A stretch of 56,345 nt of DNA, taken from IMG/VR virus record IMGVR_UViG_3300009566_000006, positions 1-56,345 of that record. One strand, 5' to 3'. The notes under the pieces were generated by a model. That model had not been told where the DNA came from. It made no database searches and saw only the letters and a list, made by a program, of their open reading frames with translations. Source of the DNA: a virus. Taxonomy: Duplodnaviria > Caudoviricetes. The position numbers and the translations under genes were made by a program. Each line of letters starts with the position of its first letter. The first letter of the stretch is position 1. This document shows, in pieces, positions 1 to 9,906 of this stretch.

Positions 1-99
1 ATACCGGACACCCTGCGAGGTCTACTCCGGTCAACTATTTAACCCTCAACTCGTGCAGGCTCTTTCATGATTGCACCTTAAGCAAGCTCATTATCTGTC

Positions 100-402
100 T
101 TGACAATGGGGAGACCCATAAGGGACTATCCAAGAGAATGGCTGAGAGAGGAATTTGATAAAATAGTTCACGACTGGGTTTCTAAATCAGAAAATAAATC
201 AAAGATGGATAAAGTTGATATTTGGACTGTTTACGATTTAAGAGAACATGGGAATCAATATACTGAAATTGCAACACAATTATTAGGAAAAGGTAAAAAT
301 CCTTCCTATGATGCGGAGGCGGCGAAGAATGAGAAGAAAATAAGACGCGCATACAACAAAGCATCTAAAATAATCAAAATTATTGAAAACAGATCAGAAT
401 AG
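100..402 (+). CDS. Hypothetical protein (true start uncertain; C-terminal helical DNA-binding-like segment)
   Basis: 100-aa ORF; no family recognised. Confidence 0.4.
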   Translation: MTMGRPIRDYPREWLREEFDKIVHDWVSKSENKSKMDKVDIWTVYDLREHGNQYTEIATQLLGKGKNPSYDAEAAKNEKKIRRAYNKASKIIKIIENRSE

Positions 403-521
403 TCAGAAAGTACACTTAAGCCCTTCCCTTTCGCGTCTATATAATTTCCCCTTTACTTCCGATATTGTTTCTCCAGCTCAAATAAATATTTCAATCATTT
501 CAAGGAGGCCCAGAAATAATC

Positions 522-836
522 ATGGATCTTTTGCAAGAAATTGACCTGGACAAAATTGTTGTCCAATCCCCCAGACGGAATTCTGAGACGGACTTAAATT
601 CATTAATAAGATTACGGCAATCAATCGATGAAATTGGGGTAGTTGAACCGATTCTTGTTCAACAAGATGAAAACGGCAACTACCCTCTCATTTCGTGTGA
701 GCGCCGTGTTCAAGCTTGCAGGGATTTAGGATTCAAGACAAAACAAATGGAGAAAAAAAACATCTCTTTTGAAGGGAATGAGCGGGATTTGTGGCTCAGA
801 GAAATCGATGCCCTTCGAACTTTTGCAGTTCCATAG
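522..836 (+). pseudogene. ParB/Srx N-terminal domain protein, probably truncated
   Basis: LRQSIDEIGVVEPILV...LISCERRVQAC matches the ParBc motif, with the usual GERR changed to CERR; AAGGAGG RBS; only 104 aa. Confidence 0.6.
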
Positions 837-999
837 TCTAGGAAAATAGGTAAAGCAGAAAAGACCCGTATATGGCGGCAATAATATGAATTCTCAAAAC
901 GGGATAGAAAATAATATAAAAGTGATTACAGAATTTTCGTACTTTTAGCAATTATCGGATAATGTAATTATTAATAAAATCCTATACTTATGGTCACAA

Positions 1000-1362
1000 A
1001 TGAATCAATTATTTATTGACAGCCCTCGACAATGTGATACGATGACGATCAAGGAGGTCGCTCAATATCTTGGGAAAAGCCTTTGTTGGGTTTACAAACA
1101 CTGGCAAGAATTGGGCGCTACGAAGATCGGGGGTTCTCTTTTTTTCCCAAATAAGGAGAACCTATATGAGCGTCTATTTCTCAAAGAAGCGGAAAGGGTG
1201 GCGTTACGATTTCAAACTGAACGGGATAAGGTATTACGGAAAATGGGAGAAGACAAAAAAGGATGCCCGAAAAGCAGAAGCAAAACGAAAGGAGGAAATA
1301 AGAAATCCGAAGCCAACTGTGATGATGCCAACAGACATGGACTTCTTGGAATTAGCAAATAA
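1000..1362 (+). CDS. Excisionase-like HTH protein overlapping the integrase 5' end
   Basis: MTIKEVAQYLGKSLCWVYK is a MerR/Xis-type HTH; lies directly before the integrase. Confidence 0.7.
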   Translation: MNQLFIDSPRQCDTMTIKEVAQYLGKSLCWVYKHWQELGATKIGGSLFFPNKENLYERLFLKEAERVALRFQTERDKVLRKMGEDKKGCPKSRSKTKGGNKKSEANCDDANRHGLLGISK

Positions 1363-2272
1363 AAGACTAGATTGGTTAATTGAGTATAAAACAGAGATGT
1401 ATTTCAGAGCCAACAAGAATCTTTTTAAAAAATTAGTTGAAAATTGGGGAGATTTGAAATGTTCGGAGATCACAACCCCAATGGTCCAATCCTTTATATT
1501 GGAGAAAGCAAAATACTCTCATGAAGTGGCTAATTACGATCTTAGACTCATGAGGGCTCTTTTCAATTATGGGAAAAAGAGCAAATTGATTTCATGTGAC
1601 CCGACTGAAAATATCCAGTTTCTTCCAAGCGAAAGGAAAGTTAAGTATGTTCCGACTGAACAGGATATTCAAAAAGTTCTTTTCGCTGCTGATGGCGATA
1701 CAAGAGACTATCTTATCGTCATTAAGGAGACATTTGGAAGGGTAAGTGAAATAAATAGGCTTACTTGGGAAGATGTAGATTTTCGGGACAAATCAGTGAT
1801 CCTAAAAACTAGGAAAAAGCGAGGTGGTAACTTGACACCACGAAAAGTACCAATGACTGATCGCCTATATAGGATACTCCAGAGGAGGTACGAAAATAGG
1901 AACAAGTCCCTTCCTTGGGTTTTCTGGCATCGGTATTGGAGTACAAAGAACAGGCAAATGGTTGAAGGATCTTTTCAATATCGAGGCAAGCTTATGGATA
2001 TTCTTTGCGCAAAGGCGGGGGTTAAGGCTTTTGGATTCCATGCCTTGAGACATGCCGGTGCATCTGCGCTGGATAACGCCAAAGTACATATTGGTGCTAT
2101 TCAGAGGATTTTAGGGCATGAGAAAAGGGAAACAACTGAAATTTACCTGCACAGCATTAACGAGTGTGAACGAGAGGCTATGCGAATTTATGAAATTCAC
2201 ACACAAATTCACACACAAATGGAAAACGGGGCTAGCCAGGAATTGGGAAAACAGGCTAACCCCGCGGAATGA
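1166..2272 (+). CDS. int: Tyrosine recombinase/integrase
   Basis: Catalytic motifs GRVSEI, FHALRH, LGH and Y (TEIY); AAGGAG RBS before ATG at 1166. Confidence 0.95.
   Translation: MSVYFSKKRKGWRYDFKLNGIRYYGKWEKTKKDARKAEAKRKEEIRNPKPTVMMPTDMDFLELANKRLDWLIEYKTEMYFRANKNLFKKLVENWGDLKCSEITTPMVQSFILEKAKYSHEVANYDLRLMRALFNYGKKSKLISCDPTENIQFLPSERKVKYVPTEQDIQKVLFAADGDTRDYLIVIKETFGRVSEINRLTWEDVDFRDKSVILKTRKKRGGNLTPRKVPMTDRLYRILQRRYENRNKSLPWVFWHRYWSTKNRQMVEGSFQYRGKLMDILCAKAGVKAFGFHALRHAGASALDNAKVHIGAIQRILGHEKRETTEIYLHSINECEREAMRIYEIHTQIHTQMENGASQELGKQANPAE
2193..2220. repeat. Tandem AAATTCACACAC repeat, probable integrase arm-type sites
   Basis: aaattcacacac-aaattcacacac-aaat about 55 bp from the tRNA 3' end. 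Confidence 0.6.
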
Positions 2273-2273
2273 T

Positions 2274-2349
2274 TGGTGGGCCGCCGGAGACTCGAACTCC
2301 GGACCAATTGATTAAGAGTCAACTGCTCTACCGACTGAGCTAGCGGCCC
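2274..2349 (-). tRNA. tRNA-Lys(CTT)
   Basis: Reverse complement GGGCCGCTAGCTCAGTCGGTAGAGCAGTTGACT-CTT-AATCAA...GTTCGAGTC...CCCACCA; full cloverleaf with CCA. Confidence 0.97.
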
Positions 2350-2374
2350 GAATTTGTTTTTTAAAGAGGTGGCC

Positions 2375-2403
2375 TTTTTATTTAAAGCCGGCCGTTTTGT
2401 CAA
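2375..2403 (-). promoter_or_regulatory. Sigma70-type promoter for tRNA-Lys
   Basis: TTGACA-17 bp-TAAAAA on the minus strand. Confidence 0.6.
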
Positions 2404-2472
2404 GCTTAAAAGGAGAGCGCCCTGCCCTCCCCGTTAAAATTTCTGATATCCTCTCGGAACATCCTCATTTCC

Positions 2473-2500
2473 TGGTGCGCCTGGAAGGACTCGAACCCTC
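2473..2500. repeat. Prophage att core (duplicate of tRNA-Arg(TCG) 3' end)
   Basis: TGGTGCGCCTGGAAGGACTCGAACCCTC is identical to 52272-52299. Confidence 0.97.
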
Positions 2501-2551
2501 CGGGTCAACTCTAAACTTATAAATCAATTACATTTTTAACGCAACATTTAA

Positions 2552-2572
2552 TTTGTAGACAGTTTGTAGACA
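2552..2572. repeat. Integrase arm-type sites (TTTGTAGACA x2)
   Basis: The same TGTAGACA pair occurs at 52212-52230 near the other att core. Confidence 0.75.
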
Positions 2573-2729
2573 ATCCGGAAGCAGCTTGCGGGGATACTGA
2601 CAAAGACCCGACAAAGCAAGTTCAATTTCGGGGATGCAGAAAAAAGACGTTTACGCGCTTTCTGCAACCCCGTCTTCATCCAGGGGGAGCGGTTCAATGC
2701 TCTCCACAACCTCCCCGTTCGCCTCAATA

Positions 2730-3134
2730 TCAGCCAGCGGACGATTCGTTTATTATGAAGATGTTGTTATACGGCCCTCCCGCATATATTTCCGTCGCCG
2801 GGGTTGAACAGATATAACTGACCGTTGCATCTGCCTGACTGATCGCGGGAGAGAACAGGACCAGGACGACCAGAAATACCAGGATATATTTTGCTACTGC
2901 CGGCGCCGCGGGAGCCTGGTTTACGGTTTCGGCCGGTTTGTCCCCTGCGGGTTTGTCAGCTGTGAAATAAGACTTAACCGAACCGCATATAAACGACGCC
3001 AAGAGAAGATAAGGCGCGTAGGGGGCCAATGCCGGGAGCTGGCCCGAATAAGCCGCTACGGACCCGCACAGAGAGCCAAAGGCCCCGATTCCCGAAACAG
3101 TGGTTTTCCAATCTTTGAATATTTTCATTTGCAA
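2730..3134 (-). CDS. Membrane protein, holin-like
   Basis: KDWKTT N-terminus plus 2-3 hydrophobic segments; in the lysis region. Confidence 0.5.
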   Translation of the reverse strand: MQMKIFKDWKTTVSGIGAFGSLCGSVAAYSGQLPALAPYAPYLLLASFICGSVKSYFTADKPAGDKPAETVNQAPAAPAVAKYILVFLVVLVLFSPAISQADATVSYICSTPATEIYAGGPYNNIFIINESSAG

Positions 3135-3156
3135 TTTCCTCCTATGATTATTCGAT

Positions 3157-3603
3157 TTAATTGATTCCAGCCGCGTTCATACCGGCGATAAAGCCATCCA
3201 TCCCGAGCTTGATTTTTGCGAGTGCGGCTGCAACGTCTGTGTTGGCGGTACTGCCGGTTGTGGGCTCAACTTTGACAGCTGTCAGGGCTGCAACTACCGC
3301 GGCAGATATGACCGGGTCCGAAATTTGTTTATTAATCTGCTTGACCGCTGCCGGAAACAGATCGTTTACAAAGGTGGCCGGATCTCCGCTTTTTGCAGCT
3401 TCTGAAAGGGTCTTAATGTAAGGCAGGGCTGTACGGGCCAAGTCCGGGTTTTTCTTTGCGAGTACGTCACCGGCAATTATCGACGCCGTTGTTATGGCCG
3501 TGGTTTCCTGATCGGTACTGAGCTTGAGCCCTAATGTGGAACAGCCGGTTAAGAAAACGAGAAGTAACGCGATAACAGCAAATCTTTTTGTGAATCTTTT
3601 CAT
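3157..3603 (-). CDS. Lipoprotein (possible spanin component)
   Basis: Signal peptide MKRFTKRFAVIALLLVF with lipobox LTGC; GGAGG RBS. Confidence 0.65.
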   Translation of the reverse strand: MKRFTKRFAVIALLLVFLTGCSTLGLKLSTDQETTAITTASIIAGDVLAKKNPDLARTALPYIKTLSEAAKSGDPATFVNDLFPAAVKQINKQISDPVISAAVVAALTAVKVEPTTGSTANTDVAAALAKIKLGMDGFIAGMNAAGIN

Positions 3604-3634
3604 GCATCCTCCATTTGTGTGTGTTTTTGTGTTT

Positions 3635-4048
3635 CTATGGTGCAACTATAATTTTTCTGTCATTTTTCGATTCAGCGGCAGGACCCGCGAACTCCCGGAC
3701 CATAATGAACCAAACTTCTGCACGCTCCGGGAGCATTTCATCTTCAAGACAGATTTCTTTTAAATACTGATCAGCCCTTTCTCGTAATGAAGCTGGTAAA
3801 TGTGCCTCACGGATAAGCTGATAGAGGCCGTCATGGATCAGGGACCCGCGCATTGAAGACGGAGTATCTCTTGTTGGACCACTGGCGCCGTCCCATGCGT
3901 ACCCCTGTTTGATTGTCAGTAGTCCTTCCGGGGTCAGGTCTATAAATTCAGTGTGAATGTCGTAACCGTATATGTCCGTCTGAATTGAGTAGGTCCGGGC
4001 CAGTTGGTACTTGTAGCCTTTACGATAATAAATCTTGTCGCCTTTCAT
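3635..4048 (-). CDS. DUF1353-like phage protein
   Basis: GYAWDGASGP...GSLIHDGLY...RERAD motif. Confidence 0.7.
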   Translation of the reverse strand: MKGDKIYYRKGYKYQLARTYSIQTDIYGYDIHTEFIDLTPEGLLTIKQGYAWDGASGPTRDTPSSMRGSLIHDGLYQLIREAHLPASLRERADQYLKEICLEDEMLPERAEVWFIMVREFAGPAAESKNDRKIIVAP

Positions 4049-4464
4049 TTTTTCTTCCCAAATAAGCGTATGCGGTCAGACACGGGCTTAACGTCGAAGT
4101 GAAGCCAGGAAACACCTGTTTCAAGCCGCATAATTCGTTTCAATAGTTCATGGTTTTGGTTTTTAAGAATGATCTGCCGGGCGCGTTCAGCCGTATAATC
4201 TTCAATGTCACAGTCAATCGCCCTACCCTTCACGTGCTGGCTGTTCGGGGCTCCTAATTCCCGCGCTTTTGCAGGAGTACGGTATCCGCGCCATTGGAAG
4301 GACTTGCCGGAATGCCAGGTATTGACGGTAACTGTGCAGCCGAAATATTCTCTTAGATCATCCAGTGCTATCAGCAATTCCGGGTCAAACAGGGAAAGGC
4401 AGTAATCGCCCAACTTTTCGTATGTCGCCCGGTCCACAAGTTCATAAGGTTTAAAGTGTTTCAT
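4045..4464 (-). CDS. Endolysin, peptidase M15 family
   Basis: Zn ligands SQH..GRAID and WLHFD; preceding GYR. Confidence 0.85.
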   Translation of the reverse strand: MKHFKPYELVDRATYEKLGDYCLSLFDPELLIALDDLREYFGCTVTVNTWHSGKSFQWRGYRTPAKARELGAPNSQHVKGRAIDCDIEDYTAERARQIILKNQNHELLKRIMRLETGVSWLHFDVKPVSDRIRLFGKKK

Positions 4465-4496
4465 TGGCACCCGTGCTTATATGACGATAAATTTTT

Positions 4497-4958
4497 TTAT
4501 CCCTTGGCCGTGATCGCTTTTATCTCCGCTATGGTCGTACAGGCCGCTAACTGCGGGGCCAGGGTTTGCGGAATATCCCTCAAGGTCTGCTTTTGGGCTG
4601 CGATAGAGGCTTGCGTTACCGTGTCCCCGGCTTCCAGGGCCTTCATGTATGCAATATCCAGTTCCGCAAGTTTCGCATTACGTTCAGTCCTGATCCGATC
4701 AAGATGTATATCCGCGGCTTTGGTCAGGTCATGGTCAACAACGCTTGTGCCGCTATTCCATTTCCAGGCATCCCGATAATCGCGGTCTAAAGGCAGTTCG
4801 CTTGCTTCAACATAGGCCAGCAAGGTAGCTCCATCCGGCTTACAGGCCGCGGCTACCCGGTCCAGGTAAATCGTTTCGGATTCCCCCTCAAGTTGCGTTG
4901 CAAGGGGGATTGTAACCGCGATTGACCCATCAGCCATTTGCCAAACTATTTTTTTCAT
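4497..4958 (-). CDS. Tail fibre assembly chaperone
   Basis: RTERNAKLAELD...KQTLRDIPQ motif; follows the fibre gene. Confidence 0.75.
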   Translation of the reverse strand: MKKIVWQMADGSIAVTIPLATQLEGESETIYLDRVAAACKPDGATLLAYVEASELPLDRDYRDAWKWNSGTSVVDHDLTKAADIHLDRIRTERNAKLAELDIAYMKALEAGDTVTQASIAAQKQTLRDIPQTLAPQLAACTTIAEIKAITAKG

Positions 4959-4969
4959 AAATTTTCCTC

Positions 4970-6280
4970 CTATTGATCTCCGTGAAAAGTTAACATTACG
5001 TTAGTGTAGTCATGCATGTTGGTATCATAAGAATATGTTGCAATGTAGAACCTTGAGGCAGTAGGCGCGCTATTGGGGTCAGCATGGACAAGACCAGCGG
5101 CCCCCGAATGATAAGCGCATGCACCTACGGCGTAATAGGCCGATGAAAACGCCGTTGTAAAATCAACGTAGTACCTTCCAGTTGAAACGTCAGTTAGTCC
5201 GCTTATGTTATGTGAGGCGTTTATTGCTACTGTTCCGACACCATTAAAACTAACCCACGCTTTCGCAACGCCGGGATGATGTTTTGCTACTGCCGGGGTT
5301 ACAAATTTGGCCGTTTCGCTGGCCGCTTCCATTTCCGACTGTGAGGCTGCGGAAATCTTCCATTGGTTCAGCTGGAAGTTGGTTCCGTCATACGTGACCA
5401 TGATAACCTGGCCGTTTGCGATATCCCCGGAAGACATGGCCGTTGATACATTTGTTTTGATACTCTTTGCGCCAAGACCGTTCACGTTAAGCGTCGCCGC
5501 GCCGGTATTGGTATGGTTTGCGATAAAGGCAATAGTCATTCCGGTAATGAACTGATCCACTGAGGACGAAAGCGTAACGGAATAGGCGTTGCTTGCCCCG
5601 GTAGCCGAAGCAAAGAAAATCAGGTTGCCGGCGCACATAGGAATCAAGGCCGGAGCTGCGCTGTATCTGGTGATATCGGTTGCCGTAATTGTTGTCTGGC
5701 CATAGGCCACTGTGACAACCCACAAACCATGATTGTCGGTATCGGGCGCGGGTGTTACCTGCGATCCAGTTGTTGCCGCGGTCCCGGCTTTCACGGTTAC
5801 AACGCAATTATCTTCCCTGGTCGTACTCTGTGCGGTCCCGCTGCCAGCCGGTCCCGAATAGCTCACGGAAGGATTAGCCGAATTGTAATAGGGTAATACA
5901 ACGTCGTCGGAATCCTCAGTCTCAAAAGCTGCCTGGACAAGATAGTTAATACTGTACCCCACGGTGCCAGGCGCAGGACAATTAAGCAGGGTTGCATCAA
6001 GGGCTATTCCCTGTTTGAGTATGTAATTTACAGCGTCGGCCGCAATGCTGCTATATGCCGTGCTGTCCAAAAGTTCTAAAGCGAAAATCTGACCGGCACT
6101 TACAGATACCTGCATACTGGCCGGGGTTGTAGGGCCGCAAGTGAGCCCGGAAACCTTTGTGCTGTCTTTGCCGATTATGGCCTCTGCCAGTTTAGCCAGC
6201 CCGAGATAGGAATTTTTCTGTGCTCCTAAAAGATCGGTTTCAAGCGGGATCTGTCCGGGGTAGATTATTTTACGATTCAT
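4970..6280 (-). CDS. Tail fibre protein
   Basis: N-terminus RKIIYPGQIPLETDLL; NTGAATLNVNGLGAK; AKAWVSFNG tip domain. Confidence 0.85.
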   Translation of the reverse strand: MNRKIIYPGQIPLETDLLGAQKNSYLGLAKLAEAIIGKDSTKVSGLTCGPTTPASMQVSVSAGQIFALELLDSTAYSSIAADAVNYILKQGIALDATLLNCPAPGTVGYSINYLVQAAFETEDSDDVVLPYYNSANPSVSYSGPAGSGTAQSTTREDNCVVTVKAGTAATTGSQVTPAPDTDNHGLWVVTVAYGQTTITATDITRYSAAPALIPMCAGNLIFFASATGASNAYSVTLSSSVDQFITGMTIAFIANHTNTGAATLNVNGLGAKSIKTNVSTAMSSGDIANGQVIMVTYDGTNFQLNQWKISAASQSEMEAASETAKFVTPAVAKHHPGVAKAWVSFNGVGTVAINASHNISGLTDVSTGRYYVDFTTAFSSAYYAVGACAYHSGAAGLVHADPNSAPTASRFYIATYSYDTNMHDYTNVMLTFHGDQ

Positions 6281-6566
6281 GTCTTGACTCCTTTAGTATG
6301 GGTTGATCGCACCCTTTAATCCTGTGGGTTTGCTCAATTTTTGTAATTCTTTTATCGTGACTGTTCCTGTCCCTGTAAAGTTCGTTAATATCGTTGTTTC
6401 GTTCGGCAATGTCTTTGTTTATATCGGAAAGGGTCTGGACCATTACCGGGATAACTTTTGCATGCTCGTCAATGGTTGTGGCATATTTTTTAGCCAGTAC
6501 TGCCAGGGCTCCGAGATTTCCAAGTGCGACAATAATTGCAACCAGCATTGAAGGATCAAGCGTCAT
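6270..6566 (-). CDS. Small single-TM coiled-coil protein
   Basis: N-terminal hydrophobic helix followed by a heptad-rich segment. Confidence 0.55.
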   Translation of the reverse strand: MTLDPSMLVAIIVALGNLGALAVLAKKYATTIDEHAKVIPVMVQTLSDINKDIAERNNDINELYRDRNSHDKRITKIEQTHRIKGCDQPILKESRHES

Positions 6567-6577
6567 ACCGAAACTCC

Positions 6578-7240
6578 TTAATCAGAAATTCTTGTCCATA
6601 CTGTTGAACCAACAGGCTTTACATCATTGATTGCTTCATAGATTTGATCGTCAACAACGTTTTCGGTAAGTGTTTCCAGGTCTGCATATTCACTGTATGA
6701 GGCAACGCCGTACCCTGCCATTGAATAACCATACCCGGCAACCAAGGGCGCGCCCTTATCATTTGGCCGGTAAGCGATAACGAAACATTGACACGGTAAA
6801 GACAGGGACCCGTAATAACCGGCTGAACCGTACCCGGAGATATAACCGTATGCGCCGTTGTCTGCCGCCCGGCCAGGTTCAATTACTATCGGGGTCCGGC
6901 CGGTAAGGTCCTCAAGCATGGTTATGAGCGCAGCCCTGGTTGTGCGTTCACGGGTAAGGTTTAAAAGTATCCTGGTCCTGAAGTTGTAATCTGATTCATT
7001 CGGGTTTCGGGTAAGCCAGGCCCCGAAGAAATCCCCGGCGACAAGATCCAAAAAACCCCCTGTTGCCGTGCTGATCCGGGTTTGGAGTTTCGCATCTTCA
7101 ATCAGGGAATAAATTAAGCTGCCGATATAGGCAAATCCGGACAGGATACCGTCTATAACGGGGGATTCATCCCCGAACCATGAAAAGGGAATTGCACTTT
7201 TTAGCCTGGCTAAAATGTCTTCCTGGTCGCCGGTTGCCAT
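6578..7240 (-). CDS. Baseplate protein (gpI/gp48-like)
   Basis: TATGGFLDLVAGDFFG...RNPNESD.NFRTRI; follows baseplate J. Confidence 0.75.
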   Translation of the reverse strand: MATGDQEDILARLKSAIPFSWFGDESPVIDGILSGFAYIGSLIYSLIEDAKLQTRISTATGGFLDLVAGDFFGAWLTRNPNESDYNFRTRILLNLTRERTTRAALITMLEDLTGRTPIVIEPGRAADNGAYGYISGYGSAGYYGSLSLPCQCFVIAYRPNDKGAPLVAGYGYSMAGYGVASYSEYADLETLTENVVDDQIYEAINDVKPVGSTVWTRISD

Positions 7241-8358
7241 TAGTTCACCGTAATTGAGGATGATTTAATTATCTGCTTTGCCCCGGCAACTATGTCCGCC
7301 GTGGCGCCGTCCACTGTGAGGCCGGAAATATTTACAATGCCGTCGCTTGCATCCAGGGCGATTTGTGTTAAGCGGCTAAGGTAAAGGGTTGCCCCAAGCG
7401 CAAGGGAATTTACATATGAATCTATTGCAGCCTGGACTAAAGCCTTTTCCGTAGCGGCCGTATATCCTGTTGCAATTTCGGTAGTAAGGGCAATTGTTAC
7501 ATCGTTGACCACGGGCGCGAATACTCCGAACCGAATAGTCAAGGCCCGGTAGCTGTCAATGGCGTTAGATATCGACGCGAGTAATGTAGCTGAAGGGGTC
7601 CCGGTTCCGTCGTCCACTACTACATAAAAATAGCCGTAATCTGTAACCCCGGCGTATGTTTCGTTTTCGGTTATGGTGTATGTGAGCCCTGATTGAACTG
7701 AGGTAATCGCAAACCCAATAGCGTCCTCAGTTCCACGGGCCAGGGATAAAATGTATTCGACAAACCGGGTCCTCAAATTGTCGTCGGATTCTTCATCAAT
7801 GCCGTTTGTGAAAGCGTAGGCGTTCGTAACTGTGTCAATGGCTGAAATCGCGGAAACCATTGACGTGATTGTATTAGAGAGTACATTACCGTCTGCCCCT
7901 GCTTCATCGGCCTGGACTAAAACGGTAACAGCTGAAGTGCCGGCCGGGACTATGTAGGCTTCAGTTGTGGAATCGTAATAAGCGTTGGACGTGTCGGCGA
8001 TCACGGAAAAAACCTGGTCGCCGTCTTCAGTCTGGACCTGTGTTCCTACCGGGATAGTTGCGGCCAGGGTTGAAGTGAAACGGGAGAACGTTACCGAGCC
8101 CGTGGCCGCAACTGCCGCGGTACGGGTAACGCCGAAATCTTCAACCCAACTGTCAAGATCGTCACCCGAGCTTGTAGAGGCGCGGGTTGTTGCCAGGACT
8201 TGAAGAACCAGGGATTCAAGCCAAACGGCCACTGAAGAATTGCTTTCCACAATGGCGCGCATAACCTTACCGATTGCGAAATCCAGGATCTTGTCACATT
8301 TGGCTTGAATGGCTGTGACCTGGTTCCGGATTAAATCTGTCATGCTCAGAGTATTCAT
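7240..8358 (-). CDS. Baseplate J/gp47 family protein
   Basis: ATGSVTFSR, IPVGT, G.DGN and GIDEESDDNLRTR motifs. Confidence 0.92.
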   Translation of the reverse strand: MNTLSMTDLIRNQVTAIQAKCDKILDFAIGKVMRAIVESNSSVAVWLESLVLQVLATTRASTSSGDDLDSWVEDFGVTRTAAVAATGSVTFSRFTSTLAATIPVGTQVQTEDGDQVFSVIADTSNAYYDSTTEAYIVPAGTSAVTVLVQADEAGADGNVLSNTITSMVSAISAIDTVTNAYAFTNGIDEESDDNLRTRFVEYILSLARGTEDAIGFAITSVQSGLTYTITENETYAGVTDYGYFYVVVDDGTGTPSATLLASISNAIDSYRALTIRFGVFAPVVNDVTIALTTEIATGYTAATEKALVQAAIDSYVNSLALGATLYLSRLTQIALDASDGIVNISGLTVDGATADIVAGAKQIIKSSSITVN

Positions 8359-8727
8359 TTAGTTGCCCACGTCAAAATTAAGGATTGCCCATTTTTGGCT
8401 TTCGGCTTCCTGGTATTTGATCTTGATATTTATTTTTGTATCGTCCGGGGATATGGTCACTTCCGGGACCGGACTACGCAAAATTTCAGGGTAAGCAGCC
8501 AGCCGGAACAAAATTTTTGCCTTTAGCTCTTTCAGTTTGTTCGCGGTTTCGCCAACGTAGGCCCCGGCGCCACAACCATATTCAGGGTGCCAAATGTAAT
8601 CACCGGGATTGGTGCAGATATCCCTGATAATAAGCTGTTGGGATTCCGTCGATCCATCCACAAAGGAAGCGTCCCCGGAGCCGGATACTTCAATATCTGA
8701 ACTCCAAAAATGGTTTAGATCGCCCAT
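8359..8727 (-). CDS. Baseplate wedge protein (gpW/gp25-like)
   Basis: TNPGDYIWHPEYGCG motif; gene position. Confidence 0.8.
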   Translation of the reverse strand: MGDLNHFWSSDIEVSGSGDASFVDGSTESQQLIIRDICTNPGDYIWHPEYGCGAGAYVGETANKLKELKAKILFRLAAYPEILRSPVPEVTISPDDTKINIKIKYQEAESQKWAILNFDVGN

Positions 8728-9272
8728 TAGTTAGCCCTCAGGATCGTTGTTAAATGCGCAGTTGTCATTTTCAGGGTAGGTAGTCCGTCCTGGCCGTGGC
8801 CGTGGTTATTGTAAATGTCCATAAATGCCGATGTGACCAGGGCCAACAGGGTCCCGGCAACGTCCCCGGCGTCGATTTCGGTTGTAGAAACCAGGAGAAG
8901 CTTGCCGTCACTGGTCAATTTGATCGCGCTGCCGGATTGATGGACTATGTAAATTTCACCGGCTCCGGCAGAAACAGGCCGGTCCTCATTGCTGTAAAGG
9001 CGTTTTGTGATTATCCCGGCCTCTATATTCCCTTCCACAAACTCGATTAGAACCATGTCGCCCGGCGTCGGGGGACAGACCAGGCCCCAACCGTTCCCTA
9101 CCCATTCAGCCCCTATGGGAATCCAGCCGGTAAGGTATTCTTCAGGCTCTAAAAGGACTTTCGCGCAATAGTTTACCGGGTCAACGCTGTCAACGAGCCC
9201 AATCTTGGAATTGACTTCACCGGAGCGCCCTAATTCAGAATGCAGCTTTATGATATTTAAAAGCCTGTTCAT
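8727..9272 (-). CDS. Baseplate spike (gpV/gp45-like)
   Basis: OB-fold TGWIP...PPTPGDMV; C-terminal HGH metal motif. Confidence 0.85.
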   Translation of the reverse strand: MNRLLNIIKLHSELGRSGEVNSKIGLVDSVDPVNYCAKVLLEPEEYLTGWIPIGAEWVGNGWGLVCPPTPGDMVLIEFVEGNIEAGIITKRLYSNEDRPVSAGAGEIYIVHQSGSAIKLTSDGKLLLVSTTEIDAGDVAGTLLALVTSAFMDIYNNHGHGQDGLPTLKMTTAHLTTILRAN

Positions 9273-9371
9273 AAGGCTGATATACCATAAATAAGCACGG
9301 GTGCATATATTAAATTCATGAGATCTCCTCTATATAAATTGATATATTATTGAATCTGTACGGGAGTTAAA

Positions 9372-9599
9372 ATGAACAAGTACGAATTAGAACGCCTTCG
9401 AGATCATGTTTTAATGGTATGCGAGGGGTTGGCAGATCCGAATCCGGGAGTTAGAGAGGCTAGTCTTTCAGAGTATGGGGACCTGGTTGACGAGTTCGCG
9501 GCCGCTTTTGAATCGCAGACGGCGCCCCAACAGATCGAGACAGCCAGGCGAGATCCTGAATATTTTATCAGGTTAATTGATCTAGCTCGGGGTATTTAA
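9372..9599 (+). CDS. Hypothetical protein (island)
   Basis: 75-aa ORF with GGGAG RBS, opposite strand to the tail operon. Confidence 0.5.
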   Translation: MNKYELERLRDHVLMVCEGLADPNPGVREASLSEYGDLVDEFAAAFESQTAPQQIETARRDPEYFIRLIDLARGI

Positions 9600-9906
9600 A
9601 AAAAGAAATTACATTGACCCTCCTTACGGCAGGAACACGCTTTCGTGGGCAGTTACTTTATCCGATTAAAGCCTTTTCCACGAGGCCCCTACTCAGCCAC
9701 GTACCTCCGCAGCGGGTTGCTCCCACGTCCTCGGGAGTGACCCGTATGCTTTATTTCTATTTTTTTAATCTCATTCCTTGTCTTTTTTAAGCAGATTAGG
9801 AAATATTGTGTTTGCTTTTACACAACTAATCTGGTTGTATTACTTCATTAAATTCAAGTTTAAGGAAGATTATATGATTCAAGATTAAAAAAAGGAGGCA
9901 AATATT

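Larger units (their letters stand above)
1..2272. mobile_element. Right end of an integrative element inserted at the 3' end of tRNA-Lys(CTT); left part is outside the window
   Basis: AT-rich DNA with a ParB-like ORF, excisionase and tyrosine integrase ending immediately before the tRNA CCA end. Confidence 0.8.

Noticed and set aside
2209-2403. ORFs overlapping tRNA genes (also 2118-2315 and 52443-52724)
   Set aside because: Shadow frames of tRNA sequences
2473-2500. Extra tRNA gene
   Set aside because: Only the 3' 28 nt are present; it is the att duplicate
4970-6280. Diversity-generating retroelement or invertible tail-fibre cassette
   Set aside because: No reverse transcriptase or invertase, and no second copy of the fibre 3' region seen
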